NCBI GenBank assembly: GCA_003252375.1
Contig: QKEJ01000111.1
Coordinates: forward strand, 594 to 64,593
Direction of reading: 5' to 3'
Source: Halodesulfovibrio sp.
GTDB lineage: Bacteria > Desulfobacterota > Desulfovibrionia > Desulfovibrionales > Desulfovibrionaceae
Length of the DNA stretch: 64,000 bases
A model generated the notes under the pieces. It worked only from the letters and a program-made list of their open reading frames with translations, did not search any database and was not told the origin of the DNA. A program made the position numbers and the translations under genes. This document shows positions 12,134 to 21,852 of the stretch, piece after piece (position 1 is the stretch's first letter; each line of letters opens with the position of its first letter).

Positions 12134-12151
12134 TTGTGAAATATTTCACTA
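12134..12151. promoter_or_regulatory. Rex-type (or CRP/HcpR-type) operator
   Basis: TTGTGAA-ATAT-TTCACTA, one mismatch to the Rex consensus TTGTGAA-N4-TTCACAA; intergenic, upstream of the dCache-PAS chemoreceptor. Confidence 0.7.
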
Positions 12152-12219
12152 AAAATGGTCAAACCCGACTGTTTATGGAGGAATTGCTGATTTTCGTCAG
12201 AAAGGGGAGGGCGATGGTT

Positions 12220-13296
12220 TTATCGCTTTCTGCGGCGCTTGCTGCCCGGGCGCCCGCTAATGCGGTCGGCGGCACGTCGTTGCCGGGCATAGATCTTGGC
12301 CTGCTGTCGTTCGTCATCCTGGGCAGCCTGCTCCCGGCGCAACTTGCGGTAGTTGTCCACTCTGCGCTGGGTGATGGCTCCTTCCTCGACGGCGTCCAGA
12401 ACGGCGCAGTCAGGTTCGCCGTCGTGCTGACAGTCGGCGAAACCGCAATGCTCGGCCAGAGCCACGATTTCGGAAAACGCGGCGGACAGCCCCTTGTCGC
12501 ACGGCGGCAGTCGCAGTTCGCGGAAGCCGGGCACGTCCATGATCAGGCCGCCGTTGGGCAGCGTGTAGAGCGTCCGGCTGGAGGTGGTATGGCGGCCCTT
12601 GCTGTCACTGTCCCGGATGGCGCCGGTGAGGGTGCGTTCCTCGCCGCTGAGCGTATTGACCAGGGTGGATTTCCCGACACCGGAAGAGCCGACAAGGGTT
12701 GCCGTCCGGCCCCGTTCCACCCATGGGAACAGGGCGCTCACGGTCTCGATGGTCAGCGAGTTGACCACCACCACGTTCATGCCGGGGGTCAGGGCGCGGG
12801 CTTGTGCGGCGCATTCCTCTGCCCGCTCGGTCGTGACAAGATCGGACTTGGTGAGCACCACAACGGGGGTGACGTCGGACTGGAAGGCAATGGCCAGATA
12901 GCGTTCCAGCCGGGAGAGATTGAAGTCCTCGTTCAGGGAGGAGACGATGAACAGCGTGTCCAGGTTGGCGGCCACCAGCTGCACGCTGGTGATGTCCGAC
13001 GGGGCACGCCGGGTAACCAGGGTGCGCCGTGCGAGAAGGCGTGCGGGCCATTCCCCGGAGTCGTCCAGCACCAGCCAGTCTCCCACGGTGGGGCGTTCTT
13101 CGGGAGTGCCGGAAAGCCAGTTGCCCGGAATGGCAATCTGGCGTTTTCCGTCCGTCCCGATGACGTTCATGACCATGCTGTGTACGCTGCACACGCGCAC
13201 GAGGGCTGCCAGCGGTGGTCGCTCCTCACCCAGTTGCGCCTCGAAGAACGGGGCCCAGCCGAAATCGTTGAGGGGGGAATACGCTGTTATGGTCAT
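12220..13296 (-). CDS. rsgA: ribosome small subunit-dependent GTPase A
   Basis: Circularly permuted GTPase: VGDW, TKSD, GSSGVGKSTLVN, GRHTT, DVPG, Zn site CGFADCQHDGEPDCAV. Confidence 0.93.
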   Translation of the reverse strand: MTITAYSPLNDFGWAPFFEAQLGEERPPLAALVRVCSVHSMVMNVIGTDGKRQIAIPGNWLSGTPEERPTVGDWLVLDDSGEWPARLLARRTLVTRRAPSDITSVQLVAANLDTLFIVSSLNEDFNLSRLERYLAIAFQSDVTPVVVLTKSDLVTTERAEECAAQARALTPGMNVVVVNSLTIETVSALFPWVERGRTATLVGSSGVGKSTLVNTLSGEERTLTGAIRDSDSKGRHTTSSRTLYTLPNGGLIMDVPGFRELRLPPCDKGLSAAFSEIVALAEHCGFADCQHDGEPDCAVLDAVEEGAITQRRVDNYRKLRREQAAQDDERQQAKIYARQRRAADRISGRPGSKRRRKR

Positions 13297-13347
13297 GCTG
13301 CTCGTGCTGCTCTCCGTTTCTGTGGCGTCATGGTGGCCGTTGCCGGG

Positions 13348-14292
13348 CTACCGGCTGGCGTGCTCCGCTGCGTAGACCTCTTCCAGAATGTCGCCGGCAC
13401 CCTGACCCTTGACCGTTTCGGCAAGGGCAAGACCCACGGTACGGGCATCGTCTGCCGTTCCGTTGACCTGCTCGCGGATGATGCGCGTTCCTGTCAGATC
13501 TGCCACAAAGCCTACCATGGAAAAGGTGTTGTCATCCAGCATGGTGGCGTGGCCCGCAATGGGGACCTGGCAGCCGCCCTGCAGGCCGAAGAGGAAACCG
13601 CGTTCCGCTTCCACGCAGATGCGCGTGGGGCGGTGCTCCAGAAAGGCCAGCAGCGCATGCATGTCGGCACGGTCCTGATGGAATTCAATGCCCAGTGCTC
13701 CCTGGCCCACGGCGGGCAGGAACCGGGGCGGCCCCAGAATTTCGTGTTTGGGAGCGGTCAGTCCCAGACGCTTCAGGCCCGAGGTGGCCATGATGATGGC
13801 GTCGAACTCGCCGTCCGTGAGCTTGCGCAGGCGGGTATCCACATTGCCGCGCAGGGACACGACCTTCAGGTCGGGGCGCAGCGTCAGCAGCTGGGACTGG
13901 CGTCGCAGGCTGCTTGTGCCCACGGTAGCGCCCTGGGGCAGGGAATCCAGCGTATCGTACTGCACGGAGAGGAAGGTGTCCGAGGCATCCTCGCGGGCGG
14001 GGATGGCGCCGAGGATCAGCCCTTCGGGCAGTTCCATGGGCACGTCCTTCATGGAGTGCACGGCAAGATCGGCGCGACCGTCCAGCAGTGCTTCCTCAAT
14101 CTCCTTTACGAACAGGCCCTTGCCGCCCACCTTGGCGAGCGGGACATCCAGGATGATGTCACCCTTGGTCTTCAGTACCAGCAATTCCACGGCGACCTCG
14201 CCGGCGTGCTGCTGTTCGATACAATCCTTGATGTGGTTGGCCTGCCAGAGTGCGAGCTTGGAGCCGCGCGTGGCGATGACGATATTTTTCAT
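13348..14292 (-). CDS. hemC: hydroxymethylbilane synthase
   Basis: [50 protein letters not shown]. Confidence 0.97.
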   Translation of the reverse strand: MKNIVIATRGSKLALWQANHIKDCIEQQHAGEVAVELLVLKTKGDIILDVPLAKVGGKGLFVKEIEEALLDGRADLAVHSMKDVPMELPEGLILGAIPAREDASDTFLSVQYDTLDSLPQGATVGTSSLRRQSQLLTLRPDLKVVSLRGNVDTRLRKLTDGEFDAIIMATSGLKRLGLTAPKHEILGPPRFLPAVGQGALGIEFHQDRADMHALLAFLEHRPTRICVEAERGFLFGLQGGCQVPIAGHATMLDDNTFSMVGFVADLTGTRIIREQVNGTADDARTVGLALAETVKGQGAGDILEEVYAAEHASR

Positions 14293-14427
14293 GTCGCGTC
14301 CGCTTGAGCTTGAGGGTCCGTCCGGGTCATGCACGGTATCCGTGGCATGAGGGTGGGGCTGCGGCACGCGCTGTGGTGCCGAACAATCCGTTGTGCGCCG
14401 GGGGCGGGAATCGCCCGTGGTCGTTGG

Positions 14428-14655
14428 CTACTTGCAGGTGGAACAGTTGCCGCCGGAGCAGCCGGCGCAGCCGGAACTGCCGGAGCTGGCTGCGGGAGCG
14501 GATACGCTGCCGCCGGGCATCTTGAACTGGGCTGCCGAAAGCAGCTTGTGCGTGGCACCGGATGCGCAGGCCGGGCAGGCGGGAACGTCGTCTCCGAAGA
14601 CGAGCTCCTCAAATTCCTTGCCGCAGGCTTCGCACTTGTATTCGAAAATGGGCAT
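14428..14655 (-). CDS. FmdB family zinc-ribbon protein
   Basis: MPIFEYKCEACG...CPAC plus C-terminal CAGCSGGNCSTC; GGAGGA RBS. Confidence 0.85.
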   Translation of the reverse strand: MPIFEYKCEACGKEFEELVFGDDVPACPACASGATHKLLSAAQFKMPGGSVSAPAASSGSSGCAGCSGGNCSTCK

Positions 14656-14744
14656 GACGATTCCTCCGTGAGTATGGTTCACGGCATGAGATAATGCCGA
14701 AATCGTATTGGTCAAAAAAAAGAGGCGGTGATGAGCAGCAGGGG

Positions 14745-15380
14745 CTACTCCTGACACGCTCCGTCCGGTTCGTTCAGGTAGGGCTGCAATTCCATCACGT
14801 TCTCAAAGAGGTAGTGGTCCGTCAGCTGGCACAGCATGTGTCCCAGCGTGATGTGTATCTCCTGCACCAGGGGGGTGTGCCTGTGCGGCACGTCCATCAG
14901 GTGGTCGCACAGGGCGGCCATCTGCCCGCCGCCGAGGCCGGTCAGGCCCACGGTGGTGATGCAGCGTTCCCGGGCCACTTTCAGAGCCTCGACGATGTTG
15001 GGGCTGTTGCCGGATGTGGAAAGAGCCACCAGGACGTCGCCCTCGGTTGCCAGCGCCTGCACCTGCTTGCTGAACACGAGATCGTAGCCGTAATCGTTGC
15101 CGATGGCGGTGAGGATGGAGGTGTCCGTGGTCAGGGCAATGGCGGGCAGGGGGGGGCGCTCCATGAGGAAGCGGTTGACGAATTCCGCTGCAAGGTGCTG
15201 GCAGTCCGCTGCGCTTCCGCCGTTGCCGCAGAAGAGAATCTTGCCTCCTCGTGCGAGGCAGAGGGCCAATACCTTGGCAAGGTTGACGACCTTGTCGGCA
15301 TTGGCCTCGAAGAAGGCCTCACGGAGGCGTGCGCCTTCGCGGGAATGCTCCAGAATCATCTCTACGGCGGAATCGGACAT
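14745..15380 (-). CDS. gmhA: D-sedoheptulose 7-phosphate isomerase
   Basis: CGNGGSAAD.QH, AIGNDY, STSGNS, QEIH; CAGGAG RBS. Confidence 0.95.
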   Translation of the reverse strand: MSDSAVEMILEHSREGARLREAFFEANADKVVNLAKVLALCLARGGKILFCGNGGSAADCQHLAAEFVNRFLMERPPLPAIALTTDTSILTAIGNDYGYDLVFSKQVQALATEGDVLVALSTSGNSPNIVEALKVARERCITTVGLTGLGGGQMAALCDHLMDVPHRHTPLVQEIHITLGHMLCQLTDHYLFENVMELQPYLNEPDGACQE

Positions 15381-15569
15381 TAACGCTCCTGACTGTCTTT
15401 GAAAACGAAATCGTCGTTTGCAACACTATACGCAAAACCACTCCGGCAGTATACTAAATGGCGGAAAGAGACAACGGTCTGTCCCGCGCTTTTTACGGTG
15501 GAGAAAAATATCTTGGCTGGATGGCGGTTCAACCTTGATGGAATGCCGGCTTTTTACTAGGGAAATCCG

Positions 15570-16421
15570 ATGAGCCCAACCATTCAGTACGTATACCTCG
15601 TTACCAAGGCTGAACATACCGCCGCCCTTGAGCTGGCTGCTGCCATCCGGGAGTGGCTGGTCGCACGGGGCGTGGCTGCCGATGTGTTCGAAAACGGCAA
15701 GGCCCCCTGGCAGCGAGCCGACCTTTCCCGGCCGGGCGGCCTAGTGCTGGTGCTCGGCGGCGACGGAACAATGCTCAGCGTTGCCCGGCGCCTGGTGGGA
15801 ACCGACGTGCCCGTTCTGGGCGTGAACATGGGGCGCGTGGGGTTCCTCACGGAGGTCACCGTGGACAGCTGGCAGGAACAGCTGGCCCGCATGCTGGACG
15901 GCCATGTCACCCTTACCCGCCGCATCGCCCTGCGCTGCACGGTCGAGCGTGGCGGGCATCAGGTCTACAGCGGTGTGGCCGTGAACGACCTTGTCGTGCA
16001 CAGGGGGGCGCTGGCCCGGGTCATCAAGCTGGATTTGTTCGTGCAGGGAGAGCGTCTCGGGGCTCTGCGTGCGGACGGTCTCATCGTCTCCTCGCCCACG
16101 GGGTCCACGGGATATGCCGTGTCGGCCAACGGTCCGCTTGTGCATCCCGACCTCGACGCCTATTCCGTTACCCCCATCTGCCCCTTCCTCAACGCCCTCA
16201 AGCCGTTTGTGCTGTGCGGCGACATGGAGCTGGGCATCACCATCCTGGATACGGATACCGATCTGTTCCTGACACAGGACGGGCAGGACGGCGTGGTGCT
16301 CAAGAGCGGCGACCGCATATCCATTACCCGCGCCAAGCAGGGACTGCTGTATGCGGAACTGGGATGCGCCAGCTATTTTACACGCCTGAGGACACGGGGC
16401 TTCTACAAGGACCAGCAGTAG
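15570..16421 (+). CDS. nadK: NAD(+) kinase
   Basis: LGGDGTML, GVNMGRVGFL, ND motif, DGLIVSSPTGSTGY. Confidence 0.93.
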   Translation: MSPTIQYVYLVTKAEHTAALELAAAIREWLVARGVAADVFENGKAPWQRADLSRPGGLVLVLGGDGTMLSVARRLVGTDVPVLGVNMGRVGFLTEVTVDSWQEQLARMLDGHVTLTRRIALRCTVERGGHQVYSGVAVNDLVVHRGALARVIKLDLFVQGERLGALRADGLIVSSPTGSTGYAVSANGPLVHPDLDAYSVTPICPFLNALKPFVLCGDMELGITILDTDTDLFLTQDGQDGVVLKSGDRISITRAKQGLLYAELGCASYFTRLRTRGFYKDQQ

Positions 16422-16469
16422 GCCGGACGGCCGGAACGATCAGACATCGGGAATCCCCGGAGGCAGGGA

Positions 16470-18215
16470 ATGAGTATGTTGCCGGATCTGAAGTATGTGC
16501 GCGACGTGCGTTGGGGCAAGGACCCCTTTCTGGACGCATGGCTGCATCATTTCAAGACCGAGAATAATATCGAGCATCTCATGAATCCGGAAAAGGTTGC
16601 CACGGATGAGCAGCTGCGGTTCATGGTGGCTCTGGACGAGGAGCAGGTCTACATCCCCTGCTCGGACGATATCTTCACCATGCTCCTGGGCAGAACCCGG
16701 CCGAAGGAGCTGCAGCATGAGTATAACCGGCTGTGGCGCTTCATTCTGCATCTGGTGCGACAGCACGGGCTGGACAAGTACAACGAGCGGCGCATCATTC
16801 AGTTCTGCAAGCATCGGTTTCGCCAGCACCTGGCCTCCAATATCATGATTCCCTCACGTCTCGCCAAGCGCCTCGTGAGCATTGTGCTGACCCAGTGCGC
16901 CACGCCGGACCCGTACCGCGAGGGCAAGCTCAAGGCCAACAAGCTGGCGGCGGACTTTTTGCGTCGCGGTTCCACGGAGCGTCTCATCTTCGCGCATCCC
17001 GCAGAGTGCGACTGCGCTGCGGATATCCGGGAGCAGCGCTGGGAACTTGATTTTCTCGAGCTGCGGCGGCTGCTCTATCTTTCCACCATGCCCGAGCTGT
17101 GGAAGGACAGCGACCCCTCGCCCCTGGAGGTTGAGGCGGATCTGCAGAAGTCATGCGGTGAGTGCGGCAAGCTGCGTCTGCTGCTGGGGCCCGAAGGCGA
17201 GGCCCGCAAGAAGATCCTGTATCTGCCGGATGTGGCAGGCGGGCTCATTTTCGACCTGCGGATCATCCAGTCCCTCATCCGCATGGGGCACAAGGTCATC
17301 CTGGCCCTGAAGGAAGGTTTTTATTTCAACACGCCCACCCTGTGGGAGATCGACCGTGACCCCGTGCTCAAGGAAGCAACCGCGGGGGCCCATATCCTGA
17401 CCGACGATGCGGTGACCAAGAACGAGCTGCTGCGCAGGCTGCGCGAACACCGGTTCCTGATCATCTCGGACGGCATGCGCGAGCAGTTGAATCTGTACAA
17501 GACCAGCGTGACCTTTGCGCGCGCCTGGAAGGAATGCGACATCGTGCTGGCCAAGGGGGGACGCAACCACATGAATCTCATCGGGTGCAGTCATGAATTT
17601 ACCCGGGACGTGGTTTCCTTCCACCGCTCGGAGGACGGAGAGTTTCATCTCCACGCCAAGCCGCGGGCCGCGTGGGTGCGCAAGTTCACCGAGGCGGATC
17701 TGCACGACAAGGCCCAGGAGATTATCGATTCCATGCGTGGGGCCCGGGCCCAGGGGCGCAGCGTGATGTTCTATAGCGCCATCATCGGCTCCATCCCGGG
17801 GCAGACCGCGACGGCCATCAAGGTGGTGGATACCTTTGTACGCAACCTGCGGGAACGGCAGGAGAATACCTTCATTGTCAATCCTGCGGAGCATTTCGAG
17901 GAGGGCATGGACGGGGATGACCTGATGTTCATGTGGGAACGCGTGCAGAGAAGTGGCCTGCTTGACGTCTGGTGTTTTCAGACGGTTGAGGATATAGAAA
18001 CGAGCTTTGCGCTCATGGGACGCAAGGTGCCTTCGGCCTGGGCGGGCAAGGACTCGACCTATTCCACCGGATGCACAAAGGAAATGCGTATCGCGCTGGA
18101 CATGCAGAAGGCGCACCCCGAGATGCAGATCATCGGTCCCAACGCGGACAAGTTCTTCCGCAGGGCGGAGTATGGCGTTGGCAAATATTATGATGCCGGC
18201 ATAACGCAGCCGTAG
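16470..18215 (+). CDS. ARMT1/DUF89-like domain protein with extra N-terminal region and C-terminal nucleoside-deoxyribosyltransferase-like domain
   Basis: DPYREGKLKAN, ILYLPDVAGGLIFD, DIVLAKGGRN resemble DUF89; C-terminal FYSAIIG...NP...STGCTKEMRIA; GGAGG RBS. Confidence 0.7.
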   Translation: MSMLPDLKYVRDVRWGKDPFLDAWLHHFKTENNIEHLMNPEKVATDEQLRFMVALDEEQVYIPCSDDIFTMLLGRTRPKELQHEYNRLWRFILHLVRQHGLDKYNERRIIQFCKHRFRQHLASNIMIPSRLAKRLVSIVLTQCATPDPYREGKLKANKLAADFLRRGSTERLIFAHPAECDCAADIREQRWELDFLELRRLLYLSTMPELWKDSDPSPLEVEADLQKSCGECGKLRLLLGPEGEARKKILYLPDVAGGLIFDLRIIQSLIRMGHKVILALKEGFYFNTPTLWEIDRDPVLKEATAGAHILTDDAVTKNELLRRLREHRFLIISDGMREQLNLYKTSVTFARAWKECDIVLAKGGRNHMNLIGCSHEFTRDVVSFHRSEDGEFHLHAKPRAAWVRKFTEADLHDKAQEIIDSMRGARAQGRSVMFYSAIIGSIPGQTATAIKVVDTFVRNLRERQENTFIVNPAEHFEEGMDGDDLMFMWERVQRSGLLDVWCFQTVEDIETSFALMGRKVPSAWAGKDSTYSTGCTKEMRIALDMQKAHPEMQIIGPNADKFFRRAEYGVGKYYDAGITQP

Positions 18216-18258
18216 GCGGCGCGGGAAGCGGCATCGTGCAACATATGCAGGAACAGGC

Positions 18259-18909
18259 ATGTCGAATATGACTGGCTTCGGAGAAATCTCGGCGGAACTG
18301 GAGCGGTGCTTTGCCGCGCAGGAAACAGCCACGGCCACGTGGCACAGTGCGGAACCGCAGGAACTGTCCGCCGCAGAGGGCCCCGATCTGGCGAATCTGG
18401 AAACACTGGTGCTCGCGCAGCACCTCATGAATTTCAAGCTCTGGCACGTGGAAGATATCGCCCGGCGCAGGGACGTGGGGCCCGAGGTCATCACCGACTG
18501 CAAGCAGCGCATCGACGGGTACAACCAGCGACGCAACGACTTCATGGAAAAGGTGGACGCCTGCGTGGTGGGGCTCATTACGCCCATGCTGCCCGAGACC
18601 GACGGTCCGGCCCGCCACAATACCGAGTCGCTGGGCATGGCCGTGGACAGATTGTCCATCCTCAGCCTGAAGATCTTCCACATGCGTGAACAGACGGACC
18701 GCAGCGACGCCGACGAGGCGCACCGGGAGACATGCCGGAACAAGCTGGCCGTGCTGTGCGAACAGCGCGCTGACCTAGCCCGCGCCGTGCTGGAGCTGTT
18801 GGATGATTATCGCACCGGGCAGAAGCGCCCGAAGGTGTATTTCCAGTTCAAGATGTATAACGACCCTGCGCTGAATCCCCAGCTGTATTCGGCAGGGAAG
18901 AGCCGCTAG
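18259..18909 (+). CDS. DUF4254 domain protein
   Basis: [64 protein letters not shown]. Confidence 0.85.
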   Translation: MSNMTGFGEISAELERCFAAQETATATWHSAEPQELSAAEGPDLANLETLVLAQHLMNFKLWHVEDIARRRDVGPEVITDCKQRIDGYNQRRNDFMEKVDACVVGLITPMLPETDGPARHNTESLGMAVDRLSILSLKIFHMREQTDRSDADEAHRETCRNKLAVLCEQRADLARAVLELLDDYRTGQKRPKVYFQFKMYNDPALNPQLYSAGKSR

Positions 18910-18952
18910 CGTCTGTCTGGCGCGCGAGGGTATGGTTCACAAGGAGAGAGTC

Positions 18953-20380
18953 ATGGCGAAGTATGAGGTTGTCATTGGGTTGGAAGTGCATGCCCAGCTG
19001 AAAACGGAATCCAAGCTGTTCTGTGCCTGTTCCACCCGGTTCGGCAACGACCCCAACGAGAATGTCTGCGAGGTCTGCTCCGGCATGCCCGGCGTGCTGC
19101 CCGTGCTGAACAGGCGTGCCGTCGAGTTCGCCGCCAAGATGGGGTTGGCCATGAACTGCACGGTGCGCAACCACTCGGTGTTCGAGCGCAAGAACTACTT
19201 CTATCCGGACTCCCCCAACGGGTATCAGATTTCGCAGCTGGGCGACGCCATCTGCGCGGATGGCCATATCGACCTGAATATGGGGGAATACACCCGTCGC
19301 GTGGGCATCACCCGCATTCAGCTCGAGAACGATGCGGGCAAGTCCATCCATTCATCCACGGAGAACGCATCCTTCGTGGACCTGAACCGCACCGGGGTGC
19401 CGCTCATCGAGATCGTTTCCGAGCCGGACATGCGCAGCGCCGAGGAGGCTGTGGCCTATCTCAAGACGCTGCGCGCCATCCTGCTGTATCTGGATATCTG
19501 CGACGGCAACATGGAGGAAGGCAGCTTCCGCTGTGACGCCAACGTGTCGCTGCGTCCCGTCGGGCAGGAAGCCTTTGGCACGCGCGTGGAACTGAAGAAC
19601 ATGAACTCCTTCCGCCACGTGCAGAAGGGCATTGAATATGAAATCGCCCGCCAGCAGGACATGATTGAGGATGGCGAGGACGTGATTCAGCAGACCCGGC
19701 TCTACAATGCCGAGAAGAACATCACGGCCGCGATGCGCGGCAAGGAAGAGGCGCACGATTACCGCTACTTCCCCGATCCGGATCTCATCCCCATCATGCT
19801 TTCCGATACGCAGATCGATGCATGGCGCGCCGAGCTTCCGGAGCTGCCGGAACAGCGCAAGGCCCGGTTTGTGGCCGACCTCGGACTTCCGGAGTACGAC
19901 GCCGAGGTGCTGACGCAGGACAAGGACATGGCGGACTATTTTGAAGCATCGCTTGCCGCCTACGACAACCCCAAGAAGCTCAGCAACATGCTCATGGGGC
20001 AGTTCCAGCGCGAGCTGAACGAACGCGGCATGGCCGTGCGGGATGTCGTCATGCGTCCCGCCATGCTGGCGGAACTGGTGCGCATCATTGAAGAGGGACT
20101 CATCTCCAACAAGATTGGTGCCGATATCCTGCCGGACCTTTTTGTGGCCGACATTTCTCCGGAAGCCTACGTGAAGGAGAAGGGCATGGTGCAGATTTCG
20201 GATACCTCTGCGCTGGAAGCAGCCGTGGACGAGGTCATTGCCGAGAACCCTGCCGAGGTCGAGGCCTACCGTGGGGGAAAGACCAAGTTGCAGAGCTTCT
20301 TTGTGGGGCAGGTCATGCGCAAGACGCGTGGCAAGGCAAACCCCGCGCTGGTCAACGAACTGCTGGCCAGCAAGTTGTAA
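18953..20380 (+). CDS. gatB: Asp-tRNA(Asn)/Glu-tRNA(Gln) amidotransferase subunit B
   Basis: [53 protein letters not shown]; AAGGAG RBS. Confidence 0.97.
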   Translation: MAKYEVVIGLEVHAQLKTESKLFCACSTRFGNDPNENVCEVCSGMPGVLPVLNRRAVEFAAKMGLAMNCTVRNHSVFERKNYFYPDSPNGYQISQLGDAICADGHIDLNMGEYTRRVGITRIQLENDAGKSIHSSTENASFVDLNRTGVPLIEIVSEPDMRSAEEAVAYLKTLRAILLYLDICDGNMEEGSFRCDANVSLRPVGQEAFGTRVELKNMNSFRHVQKGIEYEIARQQDMIEDGEDVIQQTRLYNAEKNITAAMRGKEEAHDYRYFPDPDLIPIMLSDTQIDAWRAELPELPEQRKARFVADLGLPEYDAEVLTQDKDMADYFEASLAAYDNPKKLSNMLMGQFQRELNERGMAVRDVVMRPAMLAELVRIIEEGLISNKIGADILPDLFVADISPEAYVKEKGMVQISDTSALEAAVDEVIAENPAEVEAYRGGKTKLQSFFVGQVMRKTRGKANPALVNELLASKL

Positions 20381-20418
20381 TGCGGCGTGCCGGTCGGCAC
20401 GCGTTCGCAGCATCCATT

Positions 20419-20450
20419 AAGGGCGGCTCCGTGCGGGGCCGCCTTTTCTT
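20419..20450 (+). terminator. terminator of nadK-gatB operon
   Basis: GGCGGCTCC/GGGGCCGCC stem followed by TTTTCTT. Confidence 0.75.
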
Positions 20451-20571
20451 GTACCCGCTTCCGGGAGTCCGCGTCATGCTGTGCTTTCTGCCGGCCGGCA
20501 GTGGCAGTTCAACGGGCTTTGTGCAGCAGTATGCATGGTGTTTTAGGGAGCAAAACGCCATGGTCGTTGTG

Positions 20572-20600
20572 TTGACGGAAGCAATACGGGGATGTATAGG
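20572..20600 (+). promoter_or_regulatory. sigma70-type promoter for mucR
   Basis: TTGACG-N17-TATAGG. Confidence 0.55.
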
Positions 20601-20674
20601 CGGTGATGTATACGTTATATTGCATGTAAATTACTCTCATTAACATTGTACTTTTGTGTATCTTGGGGTGTGAC

Positions 20675-21073
20675 GTGGACGATTATTTGAAAGGGGCATT
20701 GGAAATCGTAAAAGCACAGGCAAGTGTGCGCACCATGACTGAAGATGAGATCACTTCCATGGTCCGGACCCTTGCAGAAAGCATCCGGGGGATAGGCTCC
20801 AGTACCGAGGAAGAATCTTGTGAACCGGCTTCGGATATGGATCCGAAGAAATCCATCAAGGAAAAATCCATCACGTGTCTGGAATGCGGGAAGTCTTTCA
20901 AGATTCTGACCAAGAAGCATCTGATACTGCATGACCTGGATGCTGCGGCGTACAGGGAAAAGTGGGGGATGAAGAAGAATACGCCGTTGGTATGCAAGGC
21001 GCTGCAGCGGGAGCGGCGCAAGAAGATGAAATCCATGGCCCTGTGGGAAAAGCGCAGGAAGCCCGCGGAATAG
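20675..21073 (+). CDS. Ros/MucR family zinc-finger regulator
   Basis: GTG start; ALEIVKAQA, ITCLECGKSFKILTKKHL..H, YREKWG, PLVC. Confidence 0.9.
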   Translation: MDDYLKGALEIVKAQASVRTMTEDEITSMVRTLAESIRGIGSSTEEESCEPASDMDPKKSIKEKSITCLECGKSFKILTKKHLILHDLDAAAYREKWGMKKNTPLVCKALQRERRKKMKSMALWEKRRKPAE

Positions 21074-21080
21074 ATTCGCC

Positions 21081-21107
21081 AAACGCGCCTTCAGGGCGCG
21101 TTTTTTT
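21081..21107. terminator. bidirectional terminator
   Basis: AAACGCGCC-TTCAG-GGCGCGTTTTTTT between convergent genes. Confidence 0.8.
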
Positions 21108-21738
21108 ATGCCTGATGGCGTCCCCAGGCCTGCAGGCGCTTGGCGGCTTCCGTGGTGAAGTGTTGCGGATGCAGGATGTTGACGACCTTCACCCCGTCCT
21201 CCGTAGAGACGATTTCGATGAGTTTGAGCACCTCCAGCTTGTGGAGGATGTCGAGCACCCTGTCTTCCGGGCTGACAAAGGCGTCCTTGAGCGACATGAG
21301 GGCATGCATGTAGTCAAAATGGGTGACGCCGTTGCGGGCGAGCATCTCGATGGTGCGGCAGATGCCCTGAAAGAGGCTGGGCACCTGCATGCTCTTGCTG
21401 GTGCAGGAGCGCAGCCTGTGCACCAGGACATCGATGAGGGTCTGCATGATCTGGGGGGAGGCCCTGACAAAGTCGTCGAAGTCGTCCTTCTTCACCTCAA
21501 CGGCCCGGACGTCGTCCAGCGCGATGGCGGTCGCCGTGCGACGCTGGTCATCCAGGATGAGCGACATTTCGCCGAACATGTTGATGGGGGAGAGGATGGC
21601 GAGCACCTTTTTCTTGCCATGCACCTCCTTGGAAAGCTCCACCCGTCCTTCCTGCAGCAGGAAAGCAGAATCTCCGCGCGTGTTTTCGTTAAAGATCACG
21701 GAGTATCGGAGAAAGGTCCGGACGGCGTAGGTAGTCAT
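21106..21738 (-). CDS. cyclic nucleotide-binding domain protein (Crp-like)
   Basis: IFNE...LLQEGRVE, MFGEMSL, RRTATAIA; C-terminal winged-helix-like region. Confidence 0.8.
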   Translation of the reverse strand: MTTYAVRTFLRYSVIFNENTRGDSAFLLQEGRVELSKEVHGKKKVLAILSPINMFGEMSLILDDQRRTATAIALDDVRAVEVKKDDFDDFVRASPQIMQTLIDVLVHRLRSCTSKSMQVPSLFQGICRTIEMLARNGVTHFDYMHALMSLKDAFVSPEDRVLDILHKLEVLKLIEIVSTEDGVKVVNILHPQHFTTEAAKRLQAWGRHQA

Positions 21739-21801
21739 GGCAGCCCCCTCAGTGCACGATGTGTTGAGGGGAGGATAGCATCTTTTGTCTCACTGAAAAG
21801 C

Positions 21802-21832
21802 AAAAAAAAGCCCGTCCGGATTGGGGACGGGC
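21802..21832 (-). terminator. terminator after lipoprotein gene
   Basis: GCCCGTCC/GGACGGGC stem with A8 tract on plus. Confidence 0.7.
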
Positions 21833-21852
21833 GTGTGCGCGGGGATGTCTCA

